From Octopus bimaculoides (lineage: Eukaryota), in assembly GCF_001194135.2 (NCBI RefSeq), contig NC_068990.1, forward strand, positions 71,617,289 to 71,681,288: DNA of 64,000 bases, given 5' to 3'. Below are positions 1 through 13,287 of this stretch, piece by piece. Numbering within the stretch: the stretch's first letter is position 1; every line of letters begins with the position of its first letter. The position numbers and the translations under genes are program-made. The notes below the pieces were generated by a model, which saw only the letters and a program-made list of their open reading frames with translations, was not told the DNA's origin and did not search any database.

Positions 1-9
1 GTGTATATG

Positions 10-42
<33 letters not shown>

Positions 43-349
43 ATGTATGAATAAACGAATGTTTGTGTCTTTGTCCCCCACCTCCACATAACAACAGGTG
101 TTGGTTTGTTTACTACCTTGTAACTTAACAGTTCAGTAAAAGAGACTGATAGAATAAGTATCTGACTTAAAAATAAGAACTGGGGTCAATTTGTTCAATT
201 AAACTGTCAAGGCAATTTCCCAGTAAGGCTGCATTCAAATGACTGGTCCACATAAAAGATAAAAGATAAGTTTTCTATGTATTTTGTTTTCATATTTTCA
301 AGCAGTAACAACACTGGTATGTTTTTCTTTTTAAACAGAAGGGTCCTCA

Positions 350-700
350 GATTTAGTTGATAGCTTCTGTTACCTAGGTGATCTAATCACCACAGGAGGT
401 GTTTGAGGTGGTGGGGTCCCAAATTATAGTAGCCAAACTATGAACAGAGTGAAAAGGTTCAAGTAGCTACATGTTTCTGCTGGCCATGGGAAGGATTATC
501 TACATGAAGGGCAGATTGTACGAGATGTAATTTTTGCATGGCAGTGAAACATTGGGTTTTAAATGCAGAGTATGTATGTGTGAAGGCTAGAAAGAAATGA
601 GGCAAACATACTATGTTATGTCATGGATAATGTTAGTGTATATGAATGAAAGAAGCAAAAATGAACCGAGAGACAAATCTCCATCTGATCATACCCTACA
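350..700 (+). mobile_element. Decayed RTE-type LINE, RT C-terminal region
   Basis: Interrupted translation VDSFCYLGDLI.TGG...KGRLY....LHGSET..ARKK. Confidence 0.7.
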
Positions 701-1690
701 GTCTTAAAAAGGGAACACTTTAAATAATGTAGGCACTGATGCTGCTACCAATGCCAACATGACCATCACTGCTGATGTCACCGACACTGCTGCTGTTGCT
801 GCCACTGCTACAATCGTTTTAGCAACCACTTTCCCTTGCTAGAATGGGTCTGAAAAGTGTTTATTGAGGCAGATATTCTGTCGTCCGATGCCCTTCCAGT
901 TGCCAACTTCTCAGCCTGTTTCCGAGCAAGGTAATTTTTCCCTGTGACCAGATATTTTCACAGAATATTTGAAGTGAATGACACTGCTTGTAGGACAGTG
1001 ACACTCATTTTTATAACTATCATGCAATGTCAAGACAAAGACAAGCAAGCATGCATGCATGCATACATACATATACAACAGGTTTCCTATGGTTTCTGTC
1101 TACAAATCCACTCACAAGGCTTTAGTCAACCCAGGGCTATAGTAGAAGATACTTGCCCGAGATGCCAAGCAGTGGGAACTGAACCTAAAAACCATGTGGT
1201 TGGGGAGCAAACTTCTCAAAATTACAAAAGTTAAAATGGTCATGGCTGGAATAATTTTGATAATAGTTATGATATTGAGTGGGAATGCAAATATTTTGAA
1301 AATATCTCACCGAGTGATGACATGCCCTGAATAGTTTTGGGTTGCTCTTTGGCAAGGCATAGCACCCATTCAGCCACTCTGCCAGGGTAATAGTGAAGTC
1401 ATGGGATTGCAGCATGGTGCATTGTAAAGAGGTAGCGGAAAAGCACAACTGAGCCAGCGGTGCTTCTTACACTGATGCTGAGTGGAGGAATCCTAGAAGA
1501 TTAACAGTCAGGATCACCAAGATCTATCAAAAGAGTAACTGCAATGCATCCATAGGGGCAGTGTCCATGGTTGTGTAATCAGCTAATGAAAGATTCATAA
1601 TGACTCAAGCTCCTAATTAAATTAGAATTGGGTGGTGACAGAGAGTCATGGGAATCCGTGCCAACAGCATGACTGGATAATAACAAGTTA

Positions 1691-1852
1691 CTGTATTTTA
1701 ATATGTATAAGGAACCTCCTAATTTTTGGGGCTTAAAATTTGGAAAAAAAGTTTTGTAAGGGATCATAATATTATCCATGTATAAAAAACTCCCATATTT
1801 TTTAAACCTAATTTTTGACAAAAAAGGGTTTCTTATACATGTTAAAACATGG
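1691..1852. mobile_element. pogo/Tigger-like MITE
   Basis: Imperfect TIRs ctgtattttaatatgtataag and cttatacatgttaaaacatgg, with TA on both sides. Confidence 0.7.
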
Positions 1853-1914
1853 TAAGTCCAATTTTGTTATCTCCTTCTGAATTTGCCATGCTTGGTCAAA
1901 GTGTTTTGGTTGTT

Positions 1915-2170
1915 ACCACTAAGCAAGATCTTGCTCTTTTCTAGGCTGATCTCCATCCTGTATGCTCCTGATACTCTTTTGAGTCTGGTGGTGAGGTCAT
2001 GTAGTTCTGCTTCACTGCTTCATAACAAGTCAATATCATCAGCAAAGTGCAGATTAGAAATGGGCTTGCCTCCAATGGAAATAGTTGGGTGAGAGCTCTT
2101 CAAGTGTTTCCTGCATGATGTTCTCCAGGAAGACATTGAAAAAGAACTGGAGAGAGGCTGGAAATATCTG
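1915..2170 (-). mobile_element. Decayed LINE reverse transcriptase fragment (RTE-like)
   Basis: ISIGGKPISNLHFADDIDLL followed by AELHDLTTRL..MEISLEKSKIL. Confidence 0.85.
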
Positions 2171-2862
2171 GAGTTAAGCAATACTATTGCAATTAGCCCC
2201 TTTAGCAGACCTATGATCAAAAGGGTTCCAATCATGAACACCTTATCTTTTTTTCATATTTAGTGCATCATGGATTAAATTAGCCAATGTGTATCTTTTT
2301 AAGATGGCAAAATGTGATTCAGGATGGTGTCATTTTGAAGTAAAGGCACACTGGATTGTTATCTAAGGGGCCCCATAACTCTAGGAAATTCAATGCTAAT
2401 CTATGTATGTTATGACTGTGTACTGGCATCCCCCACCACAGTGCATTGCTTTGCCCAGAGGAACCTATAATACTGTTAAGATGACCCTGATTTAAGGAAG
2501 ATATGAATGTTGTTTCTAGTAGATTAAGTAACTGTGTAGAGAGACCCCTTGGCCCTTATTAAAGATATATTGAATGCTACTGCATTGAAAACTGGTTAAA
2601 AAGAAAACAAACAAACAATTGGTTGCTGCTGCAGATGAAGATGATGATCTTTATGAAAGTGCAAATGCATTTAATTAATTCTTGATTGAGGCATGGAGCT
2701 TCAAATTTAAAGGTGAAAGGTAAGTTCTTCTCTCCAAATATTCAGACAAACTTCTCACGCATACACGCACACACAACATACTTAATTTGTTTATCTACAC
2801 TTATTTTATATGTACTGTGTGTGTAGCTGTATGTATACAGAATGTGAATGAAAGAGAGAGAA

Positions 2863-2901
<39 letters not shown>

Positions 2902-5244
2902 GTATGTAAACAAATTAGTAACTTAATATATACATGACTAATCTTCTTGATATATGTGTGTGTATGCTTGCATATATGTATGTATTTGTGTGTGTGTGTG
3001 TGTAATGCTACATTTTTGCACCTAACTCAGTGTTTCTCAAAGTGGGGACAAGATCCCTAATGGAAAGAACCCCTTAGAAATTAAAATGTGTGGAAAGACA
3101 AATTGTCATGTTTAATACATTTAAAATGACTTAAAACTTGTCCCACTAATAAGGTGAAGAAAGAAGGATTATGTAAATGCAAACACTCTTATGTTCTCAT
3201 TAATAACTCTTTCTATTTTGTGGCACAGGGCCAGAAGTTTTTGAAGAGAAGGGGAAGTTGATTACATTGAATTCAATATTCAACTGGTGCTTATTTTATC
3301 GAGCTCAACAGGATGAAAGGCCGAATCAACTTCAGCAGTATTTGAACACAGAATGTAAAGCCTGAAGAAACGCTGTTAAGCATTTTATCCAGCGTGCCAA
3401 CAAGCCTGCCACCCTCTTCTCATCTATAATGAAGAGAGGAGGAAAGGATATTGTGCAAAAAACTAATTTACAAGGAATTTTTTGATGGTAGTGGAGGTGG
3501 TGATGTAGTATTTACTAATTTGAGAACCACTGATATAGTGGGCGAAATTTTGCATAGGGGAACATCTTTTCAAGGAAAGGCTATACTAAGAGGGTTGGCT
3601 GAAAAGTTCATAGGTTGACCAAGGTATTCTCATGGAATGCAACAAAATGAGGTTTATTTTTTAACATAGTCTCTCCTTGCAAGTCCACACACTATTTCCA
3701 TTAGTGTTGTGCCTGAATCCCATTGGTAAAGAAGCTTTCATCTTGTTGGTCAAAAAAAGTCATCAACAGCAGATATGATGTATGAGTCAGACTATGTGAC
3801 TTTCTGATGCTTTTTTAAAAAAGAGATTGCTCACATGTAACAATTCTGAAGAAAACAACATTCCTCAAGAAACAGAAGTTTGTCTGTACCTTTTTAAAGA
3901 GATTTAAAGGAATTGTAAGCATGTTTGTTCCCTTTACTACATGGTTTTGGGTGTAGTTAGTACTGTATTTATTGAATGTGTCTTTAAGATGGTAGTGTAA
4001 TAAACTGAAGTAGATTTATCTGCTGTTTCAAGTTCTCCCTTCATTGTCTTGTATGTTGTTGTTGCATAATTAAGAGGCCAATATTAGACTCATATTAGCA
4101 TCTACACTTCCTTCATTATTCTTTTCTTTCATATATGTGAGTCACAGGAGAAACGACAGTCCCTCTAAAATTGGTGAGATTGATGTGAACAGCTACAGTG
4201 GAAGGGTGAGCATTCAAAGGGATGGGTTGGGAATAGACGGTATGCTCTGAATGCATGTTTCATCCACAGGAGGTGGGGGTGAGATGATGGAAACCTCTAC
4301 ATGGTTGCACTTGACTTGTTAGAAATAGCAAATAAGTCTTCCTCAAATCAAATCCTACTATCTTTAATAAGTTCACATTGGCTAAATTTGTTCTAGATAC
4401 ACTATGTCTATAAAAAAAACAAAAAAAAACAGTGTCATAGTAAAAGTAACTTTGATTATAGACCTATTCGATCGGGGTTGATTTGGAATTAACAACAGGG
4501 GTTAAACTTAAAACTAAAGCTTATCCGTTATACATTATTCCTGGCTCACAAGTGTATTGTCTCCTCTCTTTACCTTTTTTTTACCACTACTATAGTAACT
4601 TTTGTTCCATGTTGCAACCTGGGTTCATGCCACTTCTACCCAGGCATTCCCATTTTACTTCATCTCTCTCCTCAAATCATCACTCTTCTTGTGTCCAGCC
4701 CATTAGGTACCTACACTAATCCTCACGCCCAGTCCTTTCTTCCCAAGATGCTGGCTCTCTGGAATTCCCTCCCTGCTTATATATCTTTCTTGCAAATATT
4801 GATTTATAAAAGTTAAAAAGGAGTATTAATGGCATCGATCTCACCAGTCTAAAGGAGAAGTGGAGGGCTGAAGAGGCCAGGAACACTGCTCTTACACCAA
4901 ACTCAGCAAGGAAAAAAAAAAAAAAAAAGGAAAAAAAAAGGAAGAAGTGTAAATTAAACCTACCTGTAGTGAAACTATTTTATTGATTACAGAAAGATGA
5001 AAAGCAAATTTGACCTTTGTGAGATTCAAAACCAGAATGGAAAATGCATAAGTAAATACTGCAAATATTATTCTTATCTGCTGTTCTACCATTCAACCGT
5101 CTACCTGCTCTGTTTACTATTCCTGAGAGGTTTGTTGGGGTAGTCCTCAGGTACCTTCTTCATTGGGTCCTATCAGAAGCAACCGTCATTCTGGTTGGGT
5201 GATCAAGCATGACAAAATGAGATTATGGATATTATCCAACCATC

Positions 5245-5520
5245 TCATTCTTGGAGGATGTGCAAAAGTTAGAAAGAAAGGAAGTGAGTGTGTGCTGCTG
5301 GATGTGTAATGTTAGTGTGCATGGCTGAGAGAGTACAAATGTACTGTGAGAAAAACTAGGTGTAAGAAAAATCATAGAGCAGTGTATAAGAGAGAAAATT
5401 GAGCTGATACAGAGAAGTGATGCATTAAGAGGATGACAGCTATGTAAAGAAGAACCAGATTATCCAAGTGGAAGAAACCTTTAGAAGAAGTAGCCCAGTG
5501 AATACACAAAAAGAAGTGGT
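5245..5520 (+). mobile_element. Decayed RTE-type LINE C-terminus
   Basis: EDVQKLERKE...WMCNVSV...EKLGVR-like translation with stops. Confidence 0.65.
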
Positions 5521-5768
5521 GAAAGATGGGTAGTTGATGTTTTGCCATTGTTTATTTGGCATCCCTGATTCAATACTGATTTATTTGACATCAAATATTT
5601 TAATGTTCCTTGTATTCTTTCTCTTTCTGAATATGTGTGTAAGCATATTTCTCTTTACGTGCATGAGAAGAGGGAAAGTGTTTATATCAATTGTGCTCAA
5701 TGAATAAAGTATAATGTCCTTCACTCCCTTTCTGTCAGTATGCATTAGTGTGTGTGTGTGTGTCTCTC

Positions 5769-5802
<34 letters not shown>

Positions 5803-6142
5803 TGTGTGTGTGTGCTTGCTTGCTTCCAGCATCAAAAAGTACTGCTACCAAAACAGGCTGAATATTGAAAAGGCAGCACCAAACTGTCTCGCCATATTGC
5901 CTCTTCAATCTCAGAGAGTTGAATGTCATGAGGGAAATGACAAAAGATGCTGTACTGGAAAGGATCAATCCCAACACAAACAAGCATGCGAAGATGCAGG
6001 TATGCGAATGACGATGGTAATGACATTGACATGAGAGACTACATATAAACATGAGTGTACGTGTGCAGGTGTTTGTGCTCATACAAACACCCACACACAT
6101 ACACTCATGAAAAGATATAGATATGTTTATAAACAGACCCCT

Positions 6143-6175
<33 letters not shown>

Positions 6176-6177
6176 AA

Positions 6178-6408
6178 GGCGGCGAGCTGGCAGGAACGAT
6201 AGCACGCCGGGCGAAATGCTTAGCAGTATTTCGTCTGCCGCTACGCTCTGAGTTCAAATTCCGCCGAGGTCGGCTTTGCCTTTCATCCTTTCGGGGTCGG
6301 TTAAATGAGTACCAGTTACGCACTGGGGTCGATATAATCGACTTAATCCGTTTGTCTGTCTTTGTTTGTCCCCTCTGTGTGTAGCCCCTTGTGGGTAGTA
6401 AAGAAATA
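6178..6408 (+). mobile_element. Young tRNA-derived SINE with intact CpGs
   Basis: Head with a B-box-like GAGTTCAAATTCC and central CCTTTCATCCTTTCGGGGTCG..AAATGAGTACCAG. A 7-bp target duplication ACACAAA lies at 6171-77 and 6409-15. Older copies lie at about 3230-3415 (-) and 37200-37390 (+). Confidence 0.85.
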
Positions 6409-6791
6409 ACACAAACACACTCAAATCAATACACTCATGAAGCAAAGATATAGCTAAATTTGCACGTATCAACACACATACATAAGTGCAGTTGCTCTGG
6501 TTATGAAGTGAGCCAGCCTTTTCCTTGCTGGCACGTGTTGGACAACCCAAGCTAGCAAGGAAAACTTGACTTGATGCTGTTCACAAAGGCGGTGGTGGAG
6601 GTGGAAACGATGACTATATAATATTGCAACGTTTCAGGCCTTATGTGACAAATGTTTACTTTTCATAAATAGGTTTAGTCGCCCTTCTTTCTTTTGTTTT
6701 CTTAGAGTCTATTAACTAATGAAGTGGTGGGCATGTATTCTGTGAGTGATATGCTTGGATTTTTTGTTAAGCAGGTTGATTGAGTAAACTA

Positions 6792-6999
6792 CAGTGTCCA
6801 CAAAGTCTGGGTATGTGGAGTAAGTAAAATCATATCATAAACAATTAAATATAAGAAATAATAATTTCTTAAAGTATGTGTTAATCCCCATGTGGGTACA
6901 TGGAGTAAATAAAATCATAACATAAACAATTAAGTATAAGAAATAATAATTTCTTAAAGTATGTGTTACCCCATATACCCAGACTTTGTGGACACCCTG
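6792..6999. mobile_element. Tc1/mariner-type MITE with internal ~85-bp tandem duplication
   Basis: TIRs CAG(GG)TGTCCACAAAGTCTGGGTAT and TA duplications at 6790-91 and 7000-01. The internal repeat starts at 6809 and 6894. Confidence 0.85.
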
Positions 7000-9259
7000 T
7001 ATAACACAGCCTGTATGTAACAGGGAGACAACAGTGGATTAGAAAATATTTCACTCTGACTGTCTGACTGTTTGAAGTTTTCAAGTCATTTTACAAAACC
7101 AAGCCCCAACACATTTACCTATCTGTGCATGTATTTGTGCGCGCGCGCACACACATACATTTAATGCACTTACATAAGGAAATAGCAGAATCTTTTTAAA
7201 TAATTGGATACTTCAAAAGAAAAAGATGAAAACGAAACAAATTAATTGCTAACGATAAATTATTAGAATATCTGATTAGTTTTAAAAGTTAAAAAAAAAA
7301 AAAAAAAAAAAAAACCTTAAGCATTACTGTAAAACTGATTTAGGAAAAAAAATCTATTTTAATGTGTGTGACCTATTTGTTACTAAGCAACCAAATCTTG
7401 ACCTGCTAAGACACGCAGCAACAGTACGAGATGCGACGCTTTATTGTTGTCAGACTGCAAAAAAGTCTCAGTCCATGCTTTGTTCCGCCCACTATTATTT
7501 TCACTATTTATCTTTTGTGCCTGTCACGACCTATCTGTTTTTTTTTTGTTTTTTAACTATTAACTGATCTCGTAACCATGCCTGTATATAACTACTACTG
7601 TTAAAAGTTGGTGTCAAGGAGCCAACGTAGAAGCCTCTGCATGATCGCATGACCTGCTTAGCAATAGCAACCAAACCTACATACCCCTTCCCATTTAAGA
7701 AAGCCTTGGTTTATAGGTCCGCTCGATCAGGCCTGACTTTGGGTTAAAAATCAACAGCGTCTCTTCACGTAATTGGCTTAATGATAAAACACACACACAC
7801 ACATTGTCTGGATCTAACAGCGAGAATACGGAAAGACCCTGCCCGTCGTATAGTATAAATCAAACCCAGGTGAGGCTAATCCTCAGTCAGGTTTCTATTC
7901 CTTACAGGGTGGGTGGGGCCTCGCACCGAATCTAGAAATCGATCTTATATATTGACACAGCACAGCGTTGTAGAGCAAGACGAAAGTTCTACGTGACCCC
8001 GAGAAGCTCAGTTTCGATTCCTTAACAGGACTAATTTAGTTATCTCTACACGAATGCAGGCAACCAAATAAACCAATTCAACTAACGAAGGGGCGTTGCC
8101 GGGAAAGGTTTCATTACTCTAATTCCTTCCCTATCTGGGGGTGTTGTACAGGGAGTGTTCTCATTTGAAAATGGATTCTTATATTTGAAAGATTTTTGGA
8201 ATATATCTTAGCTACATCGAAGTGCTATTCAGTCCCACTACCCAAGACGGAAACTGAAAGAAGCCTTGTTCCCCTCTACAGCTCGATAACTGGTGTTGGT
8301 TTGTTTGCGTCCCTGTCACTATGCAGTTCGGCAAAAAAAAACAAAAAAACAAGAGGCCCATAGAATTAGTACCGGGTTTTTAAAAAAAATAAGTTCTGGG
8401 GTCCATTTTCGCTCGGCTAAACCCTTGAAGGCGGTACCCTAGCATGGCGACAATCTAATCACCAAAACAAGTTTAAAAAAAAGACACACTTATTGATATT
8501 GGAATTTATACATACATACAATATTGGTACCTGATTGATATAGTAAACCGAATTGGTTTNNNNNNNNNNNNNNNNNNNNNNNNNNNNNNNNNNNNNNNNN
8601 NNNNNNNNNNNNNNNNNNNNNNNNNNNNNNNNNNNNNNNNNNNNNNNNNNNNNNNNNNNNNNNNNNNNNNNNNNNNNNNNNNNNNNNNNNNNNNNNNNNN
8701 NNNNNNNNNNNNNNNNNNNNNNNNNNNNNNNNNNNNNNNNNNNNNNNNNNNNNNNNNNNNNNNNNNNNNNNNNNNNNNNNNNNNNNNNNNNNNNNNNNNN
8801 NNNNNNNNNNNNNNNNNNNNNNNNNNNNNNNNNNNNNNNNNNNNNNNNNNNNNNNNNNNNNNNNNNNNNNNNNNNNNNNNNNNNNNNNNNNNNNNNNNNN
8901 NNNNNNNNNNNNNNNNNNNNNNNNNNNNNNNNNNNNNNNNNNNNNNNNNNNNNNNNNNNNNNNNNNNNNNNNNNNNNNNNNNNNNNNNNNNNNNNNNNNN
9001 NNNNNNNNNNNNNNNNNNNNNNNNNNNNNNNNNNNNNNNNNNNNNNNNNNNNNNNNNNNNNNNNNNNNNNNNNNNNNNNNNNNNNNNNNNNNNNNNNNNN
9101 NNNNNNNNNNNNNNNNNNNNNNNNNTCTCTCTCTCTCTCTCTCTTTGAAGGATAATTAATAGAAAATCTAGAGATATCGGGAAATGCTTTCCTTAAATAT
9201 TAGACCTGTTAATTAGAGGTTGGAAAATTCTGTTTACTCAAAGAAAGATATTAAAAGGT

Positions 9260-9303
<44 letters not shown>

Positions 9304-9845
9304 GTATATACGAAGACAGAGATAGATAGATAAATAGATAGATAGATAGATGAGAGAGCGAGAGAGAACAATAAAAGCATTGACAACACGATATGTCTAA
9401 CAACAACAGTACCCTACGCATTCAGCAGTTCGAGGTGGGTATTTGTTACATCAGAAAGTAGAACTGTACTAGTTAGTACATACACCAACCTATGTCGGTT
9501 GGGTTGCTAGTGGATATGATAAAAACATCAACAGTACAGCGTGCCTGATGTGTACATATATATATATATTTATATTTATAGACGATCACGTTTGCTTGAG
9601 CATGAATTTTTGTATGCATGCAAAAAAGTTTTATTATCCAGTCACCCAAACAAAAGCATTACACGAACACGTAAATGCACAAGCACCTTATAATAGCATG
9701 CACATACATGCACGGAATACTACCCTCATAAACATCCCAATAGCACACAGCGAAAACATAAGTGACTCAAGGGTCGAGAGTTTCGTGTATATGTAGTATA
9801 TATCCAAACACATTTATGTTAACATATTTAAATTGATAGTCACAG

Positions 9846-9888
<43 letters not shown>

Positions 9889-10039
9889 TAACGTCGACCA
9901 CTAACGTGGACAATTAATGCGCTAGAAATAGATCACATTTTGTGTCTATTAAGACCTAAAAAGTTCTCAACATGAAATATAGCAGCATACCAAAAACGTG
10001 AGCGGGCAAGACATTTAAAATCACCTAAAAAAATCATAC

Positions 10040-10104
10040 CTTAATCCCCTGAGATTGCAGATAATATTTCTGAATCTCTTTGATTCTTTAAATGTTCTGG
10101 CCCC
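10040..10104 (-). CDS. Possible second exon of the divergent gene (GARTFKESKRFRNIICNLRGL)
   Basis: Acceptor ttatcag and donor AAG|gtatga. Only the phase-0 frame is open, matching exon 1. The acceptor lacks a good pyrimidine tract. Confidence 0.3.
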
Positions 10105-10246
10105 CTGATAATTAATCGATATTAATTAATATATTAATATATGACTAATTACCAGATCATATAATAAAATAACCTTGTATTTCTATGCTTAGTTTCATCG
10201 GTGGTGCACCAGCATGACCGCAGCCACTTGGCTGAAACACATAAAT

Positions 10247-10277
<31 letters not shown>

Positions 10278-10289
10278 TATATAAACTGC

Positions 10290-10320
<31 letters not shown>

Positions 10321-10789
10321 AAATATATAAGCAGAATATGTATACACAATATGAAAGTGTGTGTACCTGTATGCGTGCACCTCCATGCGTGTATATATGT
10401 GCCTCTGTGTGTATGTTTGTGCATCTGTATATGTGTGTGTGTCGTATGCTTAACTTGTATAGTTTAACGACAAGTACAAAACAGTTAAACGCCTATTTTA
10501 AGAAAATTAAAAAAAATAAAATAAAGTAAACAACGAAACAATTTCTGCAATAGCAAACTGTGCAGAAACTGAAGCAACAGACAAATCTATGATTACCTTT
10601 TGGAAGTATTGATGAAACTAAGCATAGAAATACAAGGTTATTTTCTATTTTAAATGATAATGAAACGAAAAGTCAGCATATGTTCACAAATAATAATAAC
10701 GATGATAATAAATAATGATAATGATTCGTCCTTAAGGCAATAAGAACATTGTACCCGTTTGGGTGTGTTTATTGGTGTTACTTTCAGAT

Positions 10790-11005
10790 ATCTTGTTTAG
10801 CGTTAGGGTCAGCTTAGACCGAGCAGACCTATGATCAAAAGTTTTCCAGATACGACCACCCTGTCTTTTTAAATTTTTTTTTATCTAGACGTGTATATAA
10901 AACTAAAATAACCAATATGTCCTTCATTTTTTAAAGTTAGAAGGCTATGATTTAAGGGAACTTTGGTTGCTATTTCTAGCACATCGAGCAACCACGTATT
11001 GCCTC
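10790..11005 (+). repeat. Dispersed ~220-bp repeat family (gagcagacctatgatcaaa ... gctatttctagca)
   Basis: Recurs at about 4300-4500(-), 7640-7760(-), 19630-19740, 36340-36520, 40435-40600, 58130-58350, 59500-59720(-) and 63005-63170. Class not determined. Confidence 0.7.
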
Positions 11006-11131
11006 CTATCTGGCCTGAATTTTGGTTGTGTGTGTGTGTAATGTTCGGTAATGTTTTTAATACCCATAATTTAAAATACAAATAATTTGTGCACGCGCGC
11101 GCGAAAATAGTAATCAGTTACTAAATTGTAC

Positions 11132-11184
<53 letters not shown>

Positions 11185-11275
11185 CACACACACATGTACA
11201 CACATAAACATACATTCGTACACACACACATATATTATGTAGTATTAATTGTGAGGTAGTTTTAGTAATTCTTAC

Positions 11276-11494
11276 CACATTACGAAGGTGGGCAAACTCG
11301 GCGTCGGAACCGTTCTTGGAAGGCGACCTGCCTACAACAAGGTTGATAAAGACACCATCAACAATGTAAATACAGTCTTGATCGCCACTGCCGTATTTTT
11401 CTCTCAAAGCATCTGTAAAAGATTTCTTGTAAACATTGTTTTTCTCTGATTCCAAAGAAGCGATCTGACGTGATATTTCAACACAAGTTTCCAT
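11276..11494 (-). CDS. First coding exon of an unidentified gene divergent from Clc (METCVEISRQIASLESEKNNVYKKSFTDALREKYGSGDQDCIYIVDGVFINLVVGRSPSKNGSDAEFAHLRNV)
   Basis: 73 open codons of non-repetitive, protein-like composition. ATG context aagATGg and donor GTG|gtaaga (phase 0). The other two frames are closed. I do not recognise the family. Confidence 0.6.
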
Positions 11495-11930
11495 CTTTAG
11501 TGCATCGCTTGTTTTTGTAAACAATTCAGAGAGTTGAAGCAATAGCTAACCCAGGAGTTGTTATGAAATATTTACAAGTCACCTCACGTTTAGCGTGTGC
11601 TATATTTAGACTTTGTTTTGATGGAGTGTCTTGATGCACTAATACCTAACTTCATGCTAAATTTCAGTTTTTGGTGCCATAGTCAATGATATAATAATGA
11701 ACATTTCACTGCTATTATTATTTTTTTATGGTAAATCTCTTAAATATAATAGTGTGTAATTTTCAATCAATAAAATTCTATATTTTGGATGTTTCTATGG
11801 ACGCATTCGAAAAATGTGTTAAGTGCATCATGATGTTAGATAATAAGACCAATCAGAACACTTTGCCGAAAACCGACGGTAGATTACGGAAACAGCCGAT
11901 TGTTTGTCTGACGTATTTCATTCTAACAAA
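11495..11930. promoter_or_regulatory. Putative bidirectional promoter and 5' UTR interval between the divergent ORF and Clc
   Basis: Head-to-head ATGs 437 bp apart in repeat-free, CpG-retaining sequence. TSS positions cannot be read from sequence alone. Confidence 0.5.
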
Positions 11931-12078
11931 ATGGCTGATTTCGAGAATTTCGAGTCTGCTGGTGATGGAAATGTCGAAGAAGACCCTGCTGCTGACTTTT
12001 TAGCTCGTGAACAGACAGAACTCGCAGGTCTTGAAGACGACAACTTTCCCGTTGCAGATGCCTCTCAGCCAACTGCAG
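11931..12078 (+). CDS. Clc: Clathrin light chain, coding exon 1 (MADFENFESAGDGNVEEDPAADFLAREQTELAGLEDDNFPVADASQPTA-G)
   Basis: ATG in context aacaaaATGG. Contains the conserved CLC N-terminal motif EEDPAADFLAREQ-x-x-LAGLEDD. Ends at donor CAG|gtacgt, phase 1. Confidence 0.97.
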
Positions 12079-12585
12079 GTACGTAGCTGTTATAGTTGTT
12101 TAAAACTGACCGAATTAAGATCTTCCAGTTACTCCCCTCAAAATGTACGCCCATTATTTTATGTTACATCTCTGAAATATATAAATATTCGATCAATTTA
12201 GTCATTCGTCTATATTATTGTCTTGACTGTTCAATCGTAAATGAATTAATATTCTCTAAATTCTTATTCAAAATGTTATCGAGAAAAAGAACACTAAAAT
12301 CTGAAACAACCTGTCGGATGGCGTGATGCAAGTTCAATGTATGAGTATATATATTTGTAGCGGATGATCGAAAATAGTCGTTGTCATTCATTGACTATCA
12401 TTGAATTGCTTGTAATATTGATCTGCCTGTTGAAAATTAGTGTGCTATTTCAGTAACATACTGAACTAAAAGCTTATTAGTAAAAAGTTATTCGCCTCTA
12501 AATAGATACCTCACTTCGTGCCTGAAACCCATCCCATACATTTCTTATATTCTGATAAGTAACACACAACACACACACGTAGATC

Positions 12586-12621
<36 letters not shown>

Positions 12622-13287
12622 NNNNNNNNNNNNNNNNNNNNNNNNNNNNNNNNNNNNNNNNNNNNNNNNNNNNNNNNNNNNNNNNNNNNNNNNNNNNNNN
12701 NNNNNNNNNNNNNNNNNNNNNNNNNNNNNNNNNNNNNNNNNNNNNNNNNNNNNNNNNNNNNNNNNNNNNNNNNNNNNNNNNNATTAGTTATAATTTTTTC
12801 CCCCGGAAATTCCCTCTTCAGAGAACGATGTATTTATTCCTGATTAACATAACTCTTTCCATCGATTTTTACCAACTTTGCTAATATGAGTTAGCTTTCT
12901 TTAATTTTACTTCCTCGTTCAATGATGTGTGCCGCCTCGTCACTTCCTGATGTGTGCTTGTGTATAAAGCTAATTTACAACTAGATAAAATACAAAAAAG
13001 AAAAAAGATCATGCGAGCACAATCATCTCCACCATTATCTTCAAGAGCAAGGAAGTCGAGTTAAAAAAAAGATGCGAGTTGTTAAAGCTGAAGCTGGTTC
13101 AAATGATACAAAATTACCCTTTCTCTTTTAAGTGTGGCACGTTCCTACAATTTTGGTAGGTAATTAATTAGATAACAATTTTTTTTTTCTCGTCGAATTT
13201 CTCCTTATCAGACTTCTGATGGGACCTGTACATTAGTCTCTAACTCCTTGAACTTTTTACTGACCACACACACATGTATATATATAG

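Noticed and set aside
4892-5092. Minus-strand ORF with donor CAG|gtaggt as a possible further exon of the divergent gene
   Set aside because: No compatible acceptor or phase and no protein-like signal.
7887-8029. Twice-repeated gtttc.attcctta.cagg motif and a small stem-loop, vaguely tRNA B-box-like
   Set aside because: No cloverleaf or A-box can be built; equally readable as chance pyrimidine-rich acceptor-like sequence.
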